Below are positions 8,889-18,065 of a DNA stretch of 63,614 bases, one piece after another. Below the pieces are notes generated by a model. That model was not told the origin of the DNA. It searched no databases and was given only the letters and a program-made list of their open reading frames with translations. Source of the DNA: a virus (lineage: Duplodnaviria; Caudoviricetes); the IMG/VR virus record IMGVR_UViG_3300028027_000062, positions 1-63,614 of that record. One strand, given 5' to 3'. Numbering within the stretch: position 1 is the stretch's first letter; each line of letters starts with the position of its first letter. The translations under genes were made by a program, and so were the position numbers.

Positions 8889-10685
8889 ATGAATAAGAAA
8901 GGTATTAAAAAATATCAAGCAGGTGCTGATGCAGTACCTACTACATTTAGTGATAAAGCAAGTGCTTTTATGGGAAGTAATGGAAGTGCAATAACTTCAG
9001 CTGCTGGAAGCTTAATGCCTTTACTTATGAAAAAACCAGACCCTAATGCCAAACCTTATAAGAAAGGTACTAACTTAATTAAGTATCAACAAGGTAATAA
9101 AAAAACTAAAGTTTTACCAGATACAGGATCTTCTTTTGAAATTACAATGGATGATCTTGCAGATTCTACATTAGGTGCTAAAGCTAAAGGACAAAGTGCT
9201 TCTGCAAAATCTAATGAAAATACAAATACTTCTGAAGATAAAAATAAACCAAAACAAACTAAAGGTGTAAGTACAGGTAAACAAGCTGCTGTATCAGGAG
9301 CTGTTGGTGCTTTAGGAGCAGGACTTAGATCTTATGGTGAAAGTGGTCCTGGAAAACTTAAATCAGTTTCTAAAGCTGTAGGTAACTTAATTAAATATGC
9401 ATCTCCTCTTGTATCTGCTACAGAAAGTGTTAGGAAAAATATAGATACTAAAACAGGAGATATTTCTTACGGAAAAGCATTAGGTCAATTTCTTTTAGAT
9501 CAAGCTGCTGGTAAAGCAGGAGGAGCTTCAGTTAGAATTCCATATAAAACAGCATCAAGAACTATGAAACAAGTTGATGATGTTATAGAAGATATGGCTA
9601 AAAGAAAAGAAACTTTAGTGGAATCTAAAAAAGCTAGTAAAGCTTATTATAATGATAAAAAAAGTGCAATAAAAGCTGATGCTGATGCTGATGCAAATAA
9701 TCTTAAAAAATACAAAGAGGATTTTGCTAAGTTTGAAATAAATAAAACTCGTAATAAAAAAGCTAAACCTCCTGTAAAACCTGAACCTAGCACATTTAAT
9801 CAAAAAGAATTTGCTAAAAAAGAAAAACCTTCTTTACAATATGGAGAAAGAGTAAACATTAAATCTATTCCTCAAATTGCTAAAGAAGCTGCTTCTGAAG
9901 AATTTAAAGCTCCGGCATTGCTTAAAAAAATTCAAGAGTATCGTAAAGATATTAATGCTGGTAATCAAAAAACACAACTATCAGATAGGCAAAAAGAAAT
10001 TAATTTAGAAAATAGAAGAACGTTTAGGAAACTTGAGAATACTTTTGGTTTATCTGAAAAAGAGTTTTTAGGAAAACTTAAAAAAAGTGGAAAGTCTATT
10101 GAAGATTTCTATCAAGATTTGATGGAAACATCTAGAAGTAAAGGAATATCAACAGTTGGAGAACAAAGAAGAGCAAGAAAACCTGTTGTAGATTTAACTG
10201 AAAAACTAAAAGAAAAAAGACAACTTCCTGAAAGAAAAAAAGCTGCTCAAGAAAAAGTAATTAATAAAGAAGCAACTAAAAATCAACAAAAACTTATTAC
10301 TTATAAGAATCAAACTGAGGAGCAAAAAGCAACTGCAATACAAAAATTTAAAGAAAACAGAAAAGCTCCTATTACTTTTACACCTGAGAGAACTAGAAGA
10401 CCAGTAGAAGATATTACTCCTACTCCTAGAAAATCTCAACTTTTGCTTCCTGAAAGTCCTGTTACAATAGAAAGAAGAGCTAATAAAAAAGCTAAAGCTA
10501 AAGCTACAAGAGAATCTAATACTCTTAAAAAAGAACAAGAAGCAGCAAGATCAAAAGCAGAAGCAGAAGCATTAGCTGCTAAACAAGCTAAACAAGAAAA
10601 AGCAGCAGCTACTAGAGCAGCTAATAAAGAAAAGCAAATTGATGAAAAAGTTAAAAAAATTAAGTTCTATGGAACTGGAAAATAA
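8889..10685 (+). CDS. Lys/Ala-rich basic protein, putative internal virion cargo
   Basis: 598 aa. Three YxxG motif copies at the N-terminus (YQAGA, YKKGT, YQQGN) are shared with the 21.8-28.6 kb cluster. Confidence 0.75.
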   Translation: MNKKGIKKYQAGADAVPTTFSDKASAFMGSNGSAITSAAGSLMPLLMKKPDPNAKPYKKGTNLIKYQQGNKKTKVLPDTGSSFEITMDDLADSTLGAKAKGQSASAKSNENTNTSEDKNKPKQTKGVSTGKQAAVSGAVGALGAGLRSYGESGPGKLKSVSKAVGNLIKYASPLVSATESVRKNIDTKTGDISYGKALGQFLLDQAAGKAGGASVRIPYKTASRTMKQVDDVIEDMAKRKETLVESKKASKAYYNDKKSAIKADADADANNLKKYKEDFAKFEINKTRNKKAKPPVKPEPSTFNQKEFAKKEKPSLQYGERVNIKSIPQIAKEAASEEFKAPALLKKIQEYRKDINAGNQKTQLSDRQKEINLENRRTFRKLENTFGLSEKEFLGKLKKSGKSIEDFYQDLMETSRSKGISTVGEQRRARKPVVDLTEKLKEKRQLPERKKAAQEKVINKEATKNQQKLITYKNQTEEQKATAIQKFKENRKAPITFTPERTRRPVEDITPTPRKSQLLLPESPVTIERRANKKAKAKATRESNTLKKEQEAARSKAEAEALAAKQAKQEKAAATRAANKEKQIDEKVKKIKFYGTGK

Positions 10686-10723
10686 AAAATCTAATGAAAA
10701 ATATTAGAGAGTATAATAAACAA

Positions 10724-10730
10724 CGTATAA
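10724..10730 (+). promoter_or_regulatory. CGTATAA element
   Basis: Intergenic, 20 nt before ATG 10751. Confidence 0.6.
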
Positions 10731-10750
10731 CAATTTAAAATTAGAACAAC

Positions 10751-11734
10751 ATGTTTGGAGACTTTGTAGAAGAAGAACTAGAAAATGAAAAAACTACAGT
10801 TGAAGAGACACCTGTAGAGGAGGAAAATCTTGAAGAAGACTTTGATGAGGATGAATACTCAGATGAGGATTTTGAAGAGAGTGATGAAGAGGTAGAAGAT
10901 GATGAAAATAAAACTGCTTATCAGATTCTTATGGAGGATCTGGTAGAAAAAGGAGTTTTATTTGCAGATGAGGACAAGGAGTATGATACTAGTGAAGATG
11001 GTATTCAAGAACTCCTTGAAGATACTGTAAATGCAAGACTTGGTTCTCTCTTTGAAGAGAATGAAGACCTTGCTATGCTATATGATGTAGTACAAAACGG
11101 AGGTTCAATCCAAGATGTAATGCAGATTTATGGTGAAGTAAATTACAGTGAGTTAGATATGTCTGATGCAGGTACTCAAGAGCAAGTAGTAATTGATTAC
11201 TATACTGCTAAGGGTCTTTCTGAAGATAGAATTACTCGTCTTATTGAGGGTTCTAAAGATGATGGATCTTTTGGTAATGAAGTACAAGAAGCATACTCTG
11301 CTCTTGTTAATTCTCAAAAAGCTCAGATGCAAGAATATCTTGAGGGCTTGGAACAAAGGAAAGTTGATGAGCAAGAAGCTGCCAGAGAACAAATGGTAAC
11401 TCTTAGACAAACCATCAATAATATTGAAGAGATTCAAGGCTTTAAGATGGATAAAAGAACTAGAGATGATTTCTTTAATTATATGACACAGCCAACTAAA
11501 AATGGTATGACTAGATTACAGGAAGATGCTCAGGATTATGAGAAACAGTTAGTTATGGCTTTTATGTATTACACAAACTTCAATTCTGAAGATTTACAAA
11601 GAAGAGCTACTACTAATGTTGCTGATAAACTCTCTAAAGCTTTGAAGTCCCAGAAGGATAGTAATATTCGTTCAGGTTCCTCAGGTAGTAAGAGAAATAG
11701 TAATATTGATGACTTTGATGACATCATAATTTAA
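10751..11734 (+). CDS. Acidic scaffold-like protein preceding the major capsid gene
   Basis: Asp/Glu-rich N-terminus and helical body, located between portal and MCP as in crAss-like phages. Confidence 0.75.
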   Translation: MFGDFVEEELENEKTTVEETPVEEENLEEDFDEDEYSDEDFEESDEEVEDDENKTAYQILMEDLVEKGVLFADEDKEYDTSEDGIQELLEDTVNARLGSLFEENEDLAMLYDVVQNGGSIQDVMQIYGEVNYSELDMSDAGTQEQVVIDYYTAKGLSEDRITRLIEGSKDDGSFGNEVQEAYSALVNSQKAQMQEYLEGLEQRKVDEQEAAREQMVTLRQTINNIEEIQGFKMDKRTRDDFFNYMTQPTKNGMTRLQEDAQDYEKQLVMAFMYYTNFNSEDLQRRATTNVADKLSKALKSQKDSNIRSGSSGSKRNSNIDDFDDIII

Positions 11735-11769
11735 AAAATGTAAAACCTTTAAAAAAATAAATAAATAAA

Positions 11770-13230
11770 ATGGATGTTAATGTAAATTCCAGTAATCTCC
11801 CTAGACTGATTGATGCTAGGGCGGTCTCAGGTGCACTTACTGACAGTAATAAACTAGATCAGTTGTTACTGCGTAAACCTTTCCAATTTGGACAGGTAGT
11901 ATCTTACCTTTTGGGTAAGCAATATGGTCATTCTCTACAGTGTCTTACTGAGGCTCTTGGTAGAATTGAAGAGAAGGAAATTGATAGCAATATCTATCAG
12001 TGGGATGTAGCATATATGAATGATAGAACTATCAAGATTACTGCTGGTCCTACTTCTACTGTTGCTAATCAAGGTCTTAACTGTACTCCTGTACAATTGA
12101 CTTTGGAAGAGAAATGGTTCTCTGGTATTGATAAAGTAAGAACTGATACAGGTGCTCTTGTAAACATTATTGCTGATCCTATTCAGACTGGTAATGGTTG
12201 GTTGTATACTTTCCAATTCTCTGATCCTGCTCAATACTTTGATCCTAATGATATTGTTGTAGGTGCTAAATTGAGTAGAGCTTATTCTCCAGTATCTGAG
12301 ATGTCAGATAGAGGTGGATGGGTAGATTTCTTCTCACCTGCTAAATTTGAGAACTACTTCACTACTCACAGAATTGAGCATGCTATCTCTGCTGAAGCTA
12401 TGAAACAAAAGATTGCTATTGAGTTGACTAAATCTGATGGAAGCAAAACCTTCTCTTGGATTGAGAAAGCTAAATGGGAAGCTATGGCACAACTCTTGAA
12501 GAGAGAAGAGATTGCACTTATGTATGGTACTATGTCTAAAGGCAATGTACTAGGACCTAATGGTAGACCTATCATTGAAGGAGCTGGTTTGAGACAACAA
12601 ATCTCTAACAGAAACAAACAAACTTACAACAGACTTTCTTATGATATGTTGCAAGATTACTTAATGAACCTTTCTTGGATTGCCAATGGTCAATCTGGTG
12701 GTGACTTTAAGTTTGTAATGATGACTGGTAGACAAGGTATGATTGAGTTTGATAGAGCAATTCAAGAGAAAGTAAGAAATCTCTCTATCAAAGTTTACGA
12801 AGGTGGTCAGTTTGTATCAGGTTCTGGTATGAATATGAGCTTTGGTTCTCAATTCAAAACTTGTATTTTCCCTAATGCACTGGAAGTAACTGTAGTACAT
12901 TGTCCTCTATATGATGATATTGTTCTTAACAGACAACTTGACCCTGCTACTGGATATCCTTTGGAATCCTCTCGTTTTACTATCTTCAACATTGGTAACA
13001 ATGCTAATGGTGCTAACCTTGTTAAAGTAACCTTGAAAGGTGCTCAAATGGGTTCAATCCAGATTGAAGGTATGACTGATATCAATGGTAACTACAAGCA
13101 AGGATTTGCTCCTTCTAGCTCTGCTCTTGATGGTGCACAAATTCACATGATTAGAAGGTCTGGTATCCTGTTGAAAGATCCTCTTTCTGCCGGTGAATTG
13201 GTTCCTGCTAAGATTGGTAAATTCGTCTAA
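11770..13230 (+). CDS. Major capsid protein
   Basis: 486 aa in the canonical position. IIEGAGLRQQI, MTGRQGMIEF, VVHCPLYDD and DPATGYPLES recall crAss-like MCPs. Followed by a strong hairpin. Confidence 0.92.
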   Translation: MDVNVNSSNLPRLIDARAVSGALTDSNKLDQLLLRKPFQFGQVVSYLLGKQYGHSLQCLTEALGRIEEKEIDSNIYQWDVAYMNDRTIKITAGPTSTVANQGLNCTPVQLTLEEKWFSGIDKVRTDTGALVNIIADPIQTGNGWLYTFQFSDPAQYFDPNDIVVGAKLSRAYSPVSEMSDRGGWVDFFSPAKFENYFTTHRIEHAISAEAMKQKIAIELTKSDGSKTFSWIEKAKWEAMAQLLKREEIALMYGTMSKGNVLGPNGRPIIEGAGLRQQISNRNKQTYNRLSYDMLQDYLMNLSWIANGQSGGDFKFVMMTGRQGMIEFDRAIQEKVRNLSIKVYEGGQFVSGSGMNMSFGSQFKTCIFPNALEVTVVHCPLYDDIVLNRQLDPATGYPLESSRFTIFNIGNNANGANLVKVTLKGAQMGSIQIEGMTDINGNYKQGFAPSSSALDGAQIHMIRRSGILLKDPLSAGELVPAKIGKFV

Positions 13231-13247
13231 TTTTTCTCATGTTGTTG

Positions 13248-13285
13248 TAGGATAGGGGCAGAAACTTTTTCTGTTCCCTATCTTA
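13248..13285 (+). terminator. Strong hairpin after MCP (terminator or processing site)
   Basis: taggataggggcagaaa pairs with tttctgttccctatctta; U-tail is weak. Confidence 0.6.
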
Positions 13286-13293
13286 TTCCAACA

Positions 13294-13301
13294 TATATTT
13301 G
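13294..13301 (+). promoter_or_regulatory. Bacteroidota-type -7 promoter element (TATATTTG)
   Basis: Consensus match in intergenic DNA, 24 nt before ATG 13326. Confidence 0.6.
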
Positions 13302-13325
13302 CAACAACAAAAGATTTAAAACATT

Positions 13326-14186
13326 ATGAAATATAGATTAAAAAGTTCTCCTAAAAGCTCATGGGGTTTTGTTAAAGGAGGTAAGAAGTATACACAGTTT
13401 GATAAAACTAAATATAGAGTAGTAGCATATAAAGATATGTCTAATAACTTTATTACAGGTTTATCTAAAGACGATGAAAAGTATTTTGAAGAAAAACTAG
13501 GTAAACCTATGGGTTACTTTTCTGCTAGAAGTAATTTTTGGTATGATAGTCCTATTGAGTGCTTTGGTGAAATGCACCCAGGATTTTGGTTTGATTATGA
13601 GGTAAACTTAGATGCTGAAGGAAAAGATCAAGGTAAGATTATTGAGACAGGAGAAGCTGATATTGATGAGGTGTGGAATGAGTTAAGAATTAAGTTCTTG
13701 ATGGTTAATCCTTCTGTAGCTTATAATAACTCTAACAATGCACAAGCTATGTTAGAACTATCTTCTCTTGCAGAAGTATCTAAACAAAAAGTTGAGAATA
13801 GAAGACATAAAGCTGAAGCTTATGCTAAGTATCTCACCCTTACTCCGGAAGATAAGAGAAAATACTTTACAGTTATTACTGGTAAGAGTTCTGCTAATCT
13901 ACTAGACAATGCTATTGATGAAAGACTTACAGATTATATTGAGGGGTCTCCTGCACAGGCAGATACTTTAGTATCACTTATTAATGATCCTTCTGTAGAT
14001 GAGAAATATAAGTATAACCAACTATTCCTTGCAGGAAACATTATTAAAGATGCTAATGGTTATAAGTTTAATGGTATTCAATTAGGCTTTACATTTGATG
14101 AGATTTACAAGTTCTTAAAAGATAAGAAAAATCAAGAACTTAAAGATCTTGTTAATAAAGCGTATGATAAGATGTTAACAGTATAA
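13326..14186 (+). CDS. Conserved capsid-module protein (crAss gene-75-like)
   Basis: Position after MCP; ITGLS..DE..FEE.LG and C-terminal LG...E...FL...KNQE patterns. Confidence 0.7.
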   Translation: MKYRLKSSPKSSWGFVKGGKKYTQFDKTKYRVVAYKDMSNNFITGLSKDDEKYFEEKLGKPMGYFSARSNFWYDSPIECFGEMHPGFWFDYEVNLDAEGKDQGKIIETGEADIDEVWNELRIKFLMVNPSVAYNNSNNAQAMLELSSLAEVSKQKVENRRHKAEAYAKYLTLTPEDKRKYFTVITGKSSANLLDNAIDERLTDYIEGSPAQADTLVSLINDPSVDEKYKYNQLFLAGNIIKDANGYKFNGIQLGFTFDEIYKFLKDKKNQELKDLVNKAYDKMLTV

Positions 14187-14189
14187 GGT

Positions 14190-14864
14190 ATGAATATTAT
14201 AGAATGGCATCAAGCATTTAAGGTACAACTAGATACTCTAGATACACAGAGTGCTTTACGTTTACAACCTGAAGTGGTTGATGTCTTTCTAAATAAAGCC
14301 ATTAATAAGATAATGATAGAGCTTTATGATTCTTATGAAGAGTCTCAAGAACTATCAGATGCAATGTCTTCACAGATAATAATTCAATCTATACCTTCTA
14401 CTAATCCTGTATTAACTATAACTCCTACAAGTTTTCCTAATCAATGGAAAGTAAGTATTCCTAGTAATTATTATCACCACCTGCAATCTTATGCAACTTT
14501 ACAAATTGGTAATACTAAAGGAGTAGTAAGAACAGTTAAACAACTACTTGATACTGAGAACAAAGTATTAAGTAATCCTTTTGAGAGAGCAGATGATACA
14601 GAAGTTCCTATCTTCTTTAAAGATGGTGGGATATATGTATACACACCTGATGGGTATACTTTAGATAGTTTTAATATAACTTATCTTAAAAATCCTATAC
14701 AAGTCTCGTATAAAGGTAATAGTAGCAACGGCTTTCAGCCTATTAGTTCTGATATAGATGAATATCTACATGAAAGGATTATTAACCTAGCTGTTATCTA
14801 CGCACTTGAAACATATGGTTCTGAGAGGACACCAGTTAAAGTGCAAATTAAAGATGTAAATTAA
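14190..14864 (+). CDS. Tail ring/adaptor protein
   Basis: PEVVDVFLNKA, ITYLKNP and LHERIINLAV fit the crAss ring-protein pattern. Confidence 0.75.
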   Translation: MNIIEWHQAFKVQLDTLDTQSALRLQPEVVDVFLNKAINKIMIELYDSYEESQELSDAMSSQIIIQSIPSTNPVLTITPTSFPNQWKVSIPSNYYHHLQSYATLQIGNTKGVVRTVKQLLDTENKVLSNPFERADDTEVPIFFKDGGIYVYTPDGYTLDSFNITYLKNPIQVSYKGNSSNGFQPISSDIDEYLHERIINLAVIYALETYGSERTPVKVQIKDVN

Positions 14865-14898
14865 ATAAATTTTATAAACTAAAAAACAAATTAAAAAA

Positions 14899-16149
14899 AT
14901 GGACTTGTTAAAAGTTTTCGTAGGTGATGCTTCTGGTGTTGCCACAAGTGTTTCAGCAATGGTTCCTGGAGATCTTCTTCTTCTTGATGCTGCTACATTT
15001 ACTCCACTAGCAGCAAACACTGCTAACATTACTACTAAAGATGTAGTTATTGCTTCTTGTATTAGCAAGAATGGTGTAAACACTCCTGTGTTTTCTACAC
15101 CAATTAAAAGATCTAATATTAAGTATATTACTGCAGTAAATGATAATGAAGCTTCATTTACTGAAACTTCTGCTACTGCTGTTGTTAGTATGACAAATGT
15201 AGTTGCAGGAGGAACTTATTCTCTTGGTATTCAAATCAAAGAAGATTTGAGGATGGGTACTTACAACAAGAATACAGAAGTTATTGCTTCTCATGTATGC
15301 CCTAGTGTTGCATCTGATATTCATGAACTAACCTCTAATCTTGCTAAAGGATTTTCTGCAAATCCTCTTACTTCTGCTGGTAGTCCTTCTCAACTTGTTA
15401 AAATTCAAAGAACTGCTACTGGTTCTATTGTAAGTGCTGGTACTGCTACTGTTGCTCCTGGAGCAAGACAAGTAACTTTTGGTTCTGCTCATGGTAAAGT
15501 AGCTGGAGATTATGTTGGTCTTGGTGGAGGTGTTTATCAAATTGAAAAAGTTCTTTCTACTACTTCTGTGGTTCTAGATACAGCTTATCAAGGTGCTGGA
15601 ATTTCTCTTACTGGAGGTACTACACAAGGAGCTACTGCTGCTGGTACTTTTGCTGCAAAACCAACTGCCATTACTTTTTCATTTACTGGAATTGCTCAAA
15701 CTCAACAAAACAGATATGATCAGTTTAGAGTAGTAGATTTTGATGTAATTACTCCTAAAGGTAATGACCCTGCAGTTTTTACTATTGCAAAAACTGCTCC
15801 TATCTATCCAGTTGGTTCTTATCGTCAAATTAGAGATCTTGAAGAAAAAGCTTACACTAACTCTAATCCTTTGATTAATTACAGAGAATTTCCTTTTGAA
15901 ACATTTCCTTTGAATGCTAATCCTGGAACTTTTTATTGTATTGTTACTGTGTCTTATGTTTCTGGATGGGGATATAATATGATGCAATCTAGTCAACCAG
16001 AGTTTTTACAAACTGCTGTAATTGCTGCTCCTTTTCAAATAGGTGGACAATTTGATGATGTTGCAACTGCCCCTAATACAGGTTCATTTCTTGAAACTTG
16101 GAATGCTTGGGCTCCAGCACCAAATTCAGGTTCTTATGCATTCTCTTAA
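14899..16149 (+). CDS. Abundant structural protein (auxiliary capsid protein candidate)
   Basis: 416 aa, Ala/Thr/Gly-rich and beta-rich, strong A-rich leader, followed by a terminator. Confidence 0.7.
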   Translation: MDLLKVFVGDASGVATSVSAMVPGDLLLLDAATFTPLAANTANITTKDVVIASCISKNGVNTPVFSTPIKRSNIKYITAVNDNEASFTETSATAVVSMTNVVAGGTYSLGIQIKEDLRMGTYNKNTEVIASHVCPSVASDIHELTSNLAKGFSANPLTSAGSPSQLVKIQRTATGSIVSAGTATVAPGARQVTFGSAHGKVAGDYVGLGGGVYQIEKVLSTTSVVLDTAYQGAGISLTGGTTQGATAAGTFAAKPTAITFSFTGIAQTQQNRYDQFRVVDFDVITPKGNDPAVFTIAKTAPIYPVGSYRQIRDLEEKAYTNSNPLINYREFPFETFPLNANPGTFYCIVTVSYVSGWGYNMMQSSQPEFLQTAVIAAPFQIGGQFDDVATAPNTGSFLETWNAWAPAPNSGSYAFS

Positions 16150-16172
16150 GGTATAACTTAAACTCAAAATTT

Positions 16173-16205
16173 AAGAGGGAGGAGAAATCTTCCCTCTTTC
16201 TTTTT
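16173..16205 (+). terminator. Intrinsic terminator
   Basis: aagagggagga-GAAA-tcttccctctt stem with a GNRA loop, then a T-run. Confidence 0.85.
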
Positions 16206-16214
16206 ATATACTTT

Positions 16215-16221
16215 CGTATAA
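16215..16221 (+). promoter_or_regulatory. CGTATAA element
   Basis: Directly after a terminator and 6 nt before ATG 16228, where re-initiation would be needed. Confidence 0.65.
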
Positions 16222-16227
16222 AAACAT

Positions 16228-16884
16228 ATGTTACTATCTAAGATAATATATACCATTCAAGAACTTAGAAGCAAGTTCTCTCAATCAGATGATAACCCAC
16301 TCTCTGATAGACAAGTACTATTTATCTTGAATTACTATAGGTCCTTTCTTATTAGACAGGATATGGAAAAGGGTAGACCTTTATCTCCATTTATTATACA
16401 AGAGTTAACTTTAGATTTAGAGAAAGTTGATAAGGGTATTGGCTTTGTTACTAAGGATATGATTCTTAGAACTAAGATTACTATACCTAAACCTATAGAA
16501 GGGCATATGCATGATTACTTAACTTATGTAGGTAGAGCAGACTTTGAGGATAGATGGACACAATTAGATTTACAGTCTCTTAAATCAGTAAGCTATACTA
16601 GACACGCAGGTAGGTTTCCTAGATGGTTTGCTAGAGAGAACTTTATATATGTTAAGTTTCCTCCTACATGTACAACTAGTAAAGTATTGATTAGAGGAGT
16701 ATTTGAGGAGCCGGAATTAGTTGCAAAGTTAGCAGGTAAGATACTTCCTTTTACAGGTCAAGAGTGGGATTATCCTATCTCTAATAATATGTTATCAACT
16801 ATCATTAGAATGCTTGAGGAATCAGAGTTTAAGTTTACCTTTGCTATTCCTAAAGACCATGAAAATGATGGAAGTCAACAGTAA
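16228..16884 (+). CDS. Tail ring protein
   Basis: SDDNPLSDRQV, YRSFLIRQ, IRGVFEEP and DYPI patterns; synteny. Confidence 0.75.
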   Translation: MLLSKIIYTIQELRSKFSQSDDNPLSDRQVLFILNYYRSFLIRQDMEKGRPLSPFIIQELTLDLEKVDKGIGFVTKDMILRTKITIPKPIEGHMHDYLTYVGRADFEDRWTQLDLQSLKSVSYTRHAGRFPRWFARENFIYVKFPPTCTTSKVLIRGVFEEPELVAKLAGKILPFTGQEWDYPISNNMLSTIIRMLEESEFKFTFAIPKDHENDGSQQ

Positions 16885-17326
16885 GGGAAATTTCCTTGCT
16901 GCACACCCTAACCTAAAAGATCTGCCTTATGATAAAATCATTAAGGAGTTTCAGAAAGTACTATACTCTCACCTATTTAAAGGTAAGACTATAGAAACTT
17001 ATATAGGTACTTTTGAGGTAATAAGGTTTAAACCTAGAAGAGAGTTTAAGAAGAAACCTATAGACTTTAAAGCAACTAGAGAAGAAGGGTTTACTATTAG
17101 ACACTTAAATGAGCATACTAATGGTTATGCTTGTATGGTAAACTTTACTCCTAAACCTTTCTTTAGTAGATATAAGTTTAAGACAGTTAGAGTCTTAGCT
17201 AGGTCTCTTGCAGCTTACATACTTCAGAATACAGAAGCGTATAAGTTATATTATGAAGTTAGCAAATATAAACACAGTAATATACAGGCTGGAACAACTG
17301 GTAGTGGAGCCACTCCCAATAGCTGA
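16868..17326 (+). CDS. IHF/HU-like protein
   Basis: LFKGKTIET.IGTFEV, KPIDFKAT and HLNEHTNGY. ATG 16868 is the likely start (track gives 16814). Confidence 0.7.
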   Translation: MEVNSKGNFLAAHPNLKDLPYDKIIKEFQKVLYSHLFKGKTIETYIGTFEVIRFKPRREFKKKPIDFKATREEGFTIRHLNEHTNGYACMVNFTPKPFFSRYKFKTVRVLARSLAAYILQNTEAYKLYYEVSKYKHSNIQAGTTGSGATPNS

Positions 17327-18062
17327 TTGTTATGAATGGATAGCTGCTGCATTACAGCATATTGGTGGAGATTATCCACAAGTATTAAAAGATAAAACTC
17401 TTGATATAGAGAACTATAGAGCAGAACTTCCTTGTGATATGGTTAACTTCTTAAGACTATTAAAGGTGGAAACTCCTGATGGTCAAGAAGAAACTTTTGT
17501 AGAGGAAACTAGGCTTCCTAATTATCTGGAGACTTCTTATATCTATGCTAATAGAAGAGTAAACTTTTATGATCCTACACAACAGTATAATCCTTTTAAT
17601 AACTCTATTAGACACTCAGTTAATAACTGGTTAACTCCTGAGAATGATTTGACTTGGAACTCAGTTCTTGATTATAGAATAGAGAATAACCACTTCCTCT
17701 TTAATCTTGAGAAAGGAACTATTAATATACAGTATTGGGCAGTTCCTACAGATGAAAATGAGTTACCAATGATTCCAGATACAGAAGCTTTTATAGAAGC
17801 TTTAATGTGGTATTGTTGTAAACAATTATCCTATCAAGGATATAAGTTTAAGAACCCAGAGTTTAAGATGATGTTCTTTGAACAGAAGTGGAATAGGTAT
17901 TGCTTACAAGCTAGAACAGAAGGTAGAATGCCAGACATTCACATGTTACAAAGACTTTCTAATGAGAACATGAGGTTACTACCTATTACTAATCATTACT
18001 ATACCTCATTCAGGTACTTGGGAATTATGCAACAACAAAATAGACATGGTAGATTTAGATAA
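17253..18062 (+). CDS. Tail tubular/ring protein
   Basis: EWIAAALQHIG, IENYRAELPCD and Y.AVPTDENELPMIPD. ATG 17253 follows CGTATAA at 17238-17244. Confidence 0.8.
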   Translation: MKLANINTVIYRLEQLVVEPLPIADCYEWIAAALQHIGGDYPQVLKDKTLDIENYRAELPCDMVNFLRLLKVETPDGQEETFVEETRLPNYLETSYIYANRRVNFYDPTQQYNPFNNSIRHSVNNWLTPENDLTWNSVLDYRIENNHFLFNLEKGTINIQYWAVPTDENELPMIPDTEAFIEALMWYCCKQLSYQGYKFKNPEFKMMFFEQKWNRYCLQARTEGRMPDIHMLQRLSNENMRLLPITNHYYTSFRYLGIMQQQNRHGRFR

Positions 18063-18065
18063 GAT

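Noticed and set aside
10770-10910. GAA/GAT-rich tract
   Set aside because: Explained by the acidic N-terminus of the scaffold-like protein.
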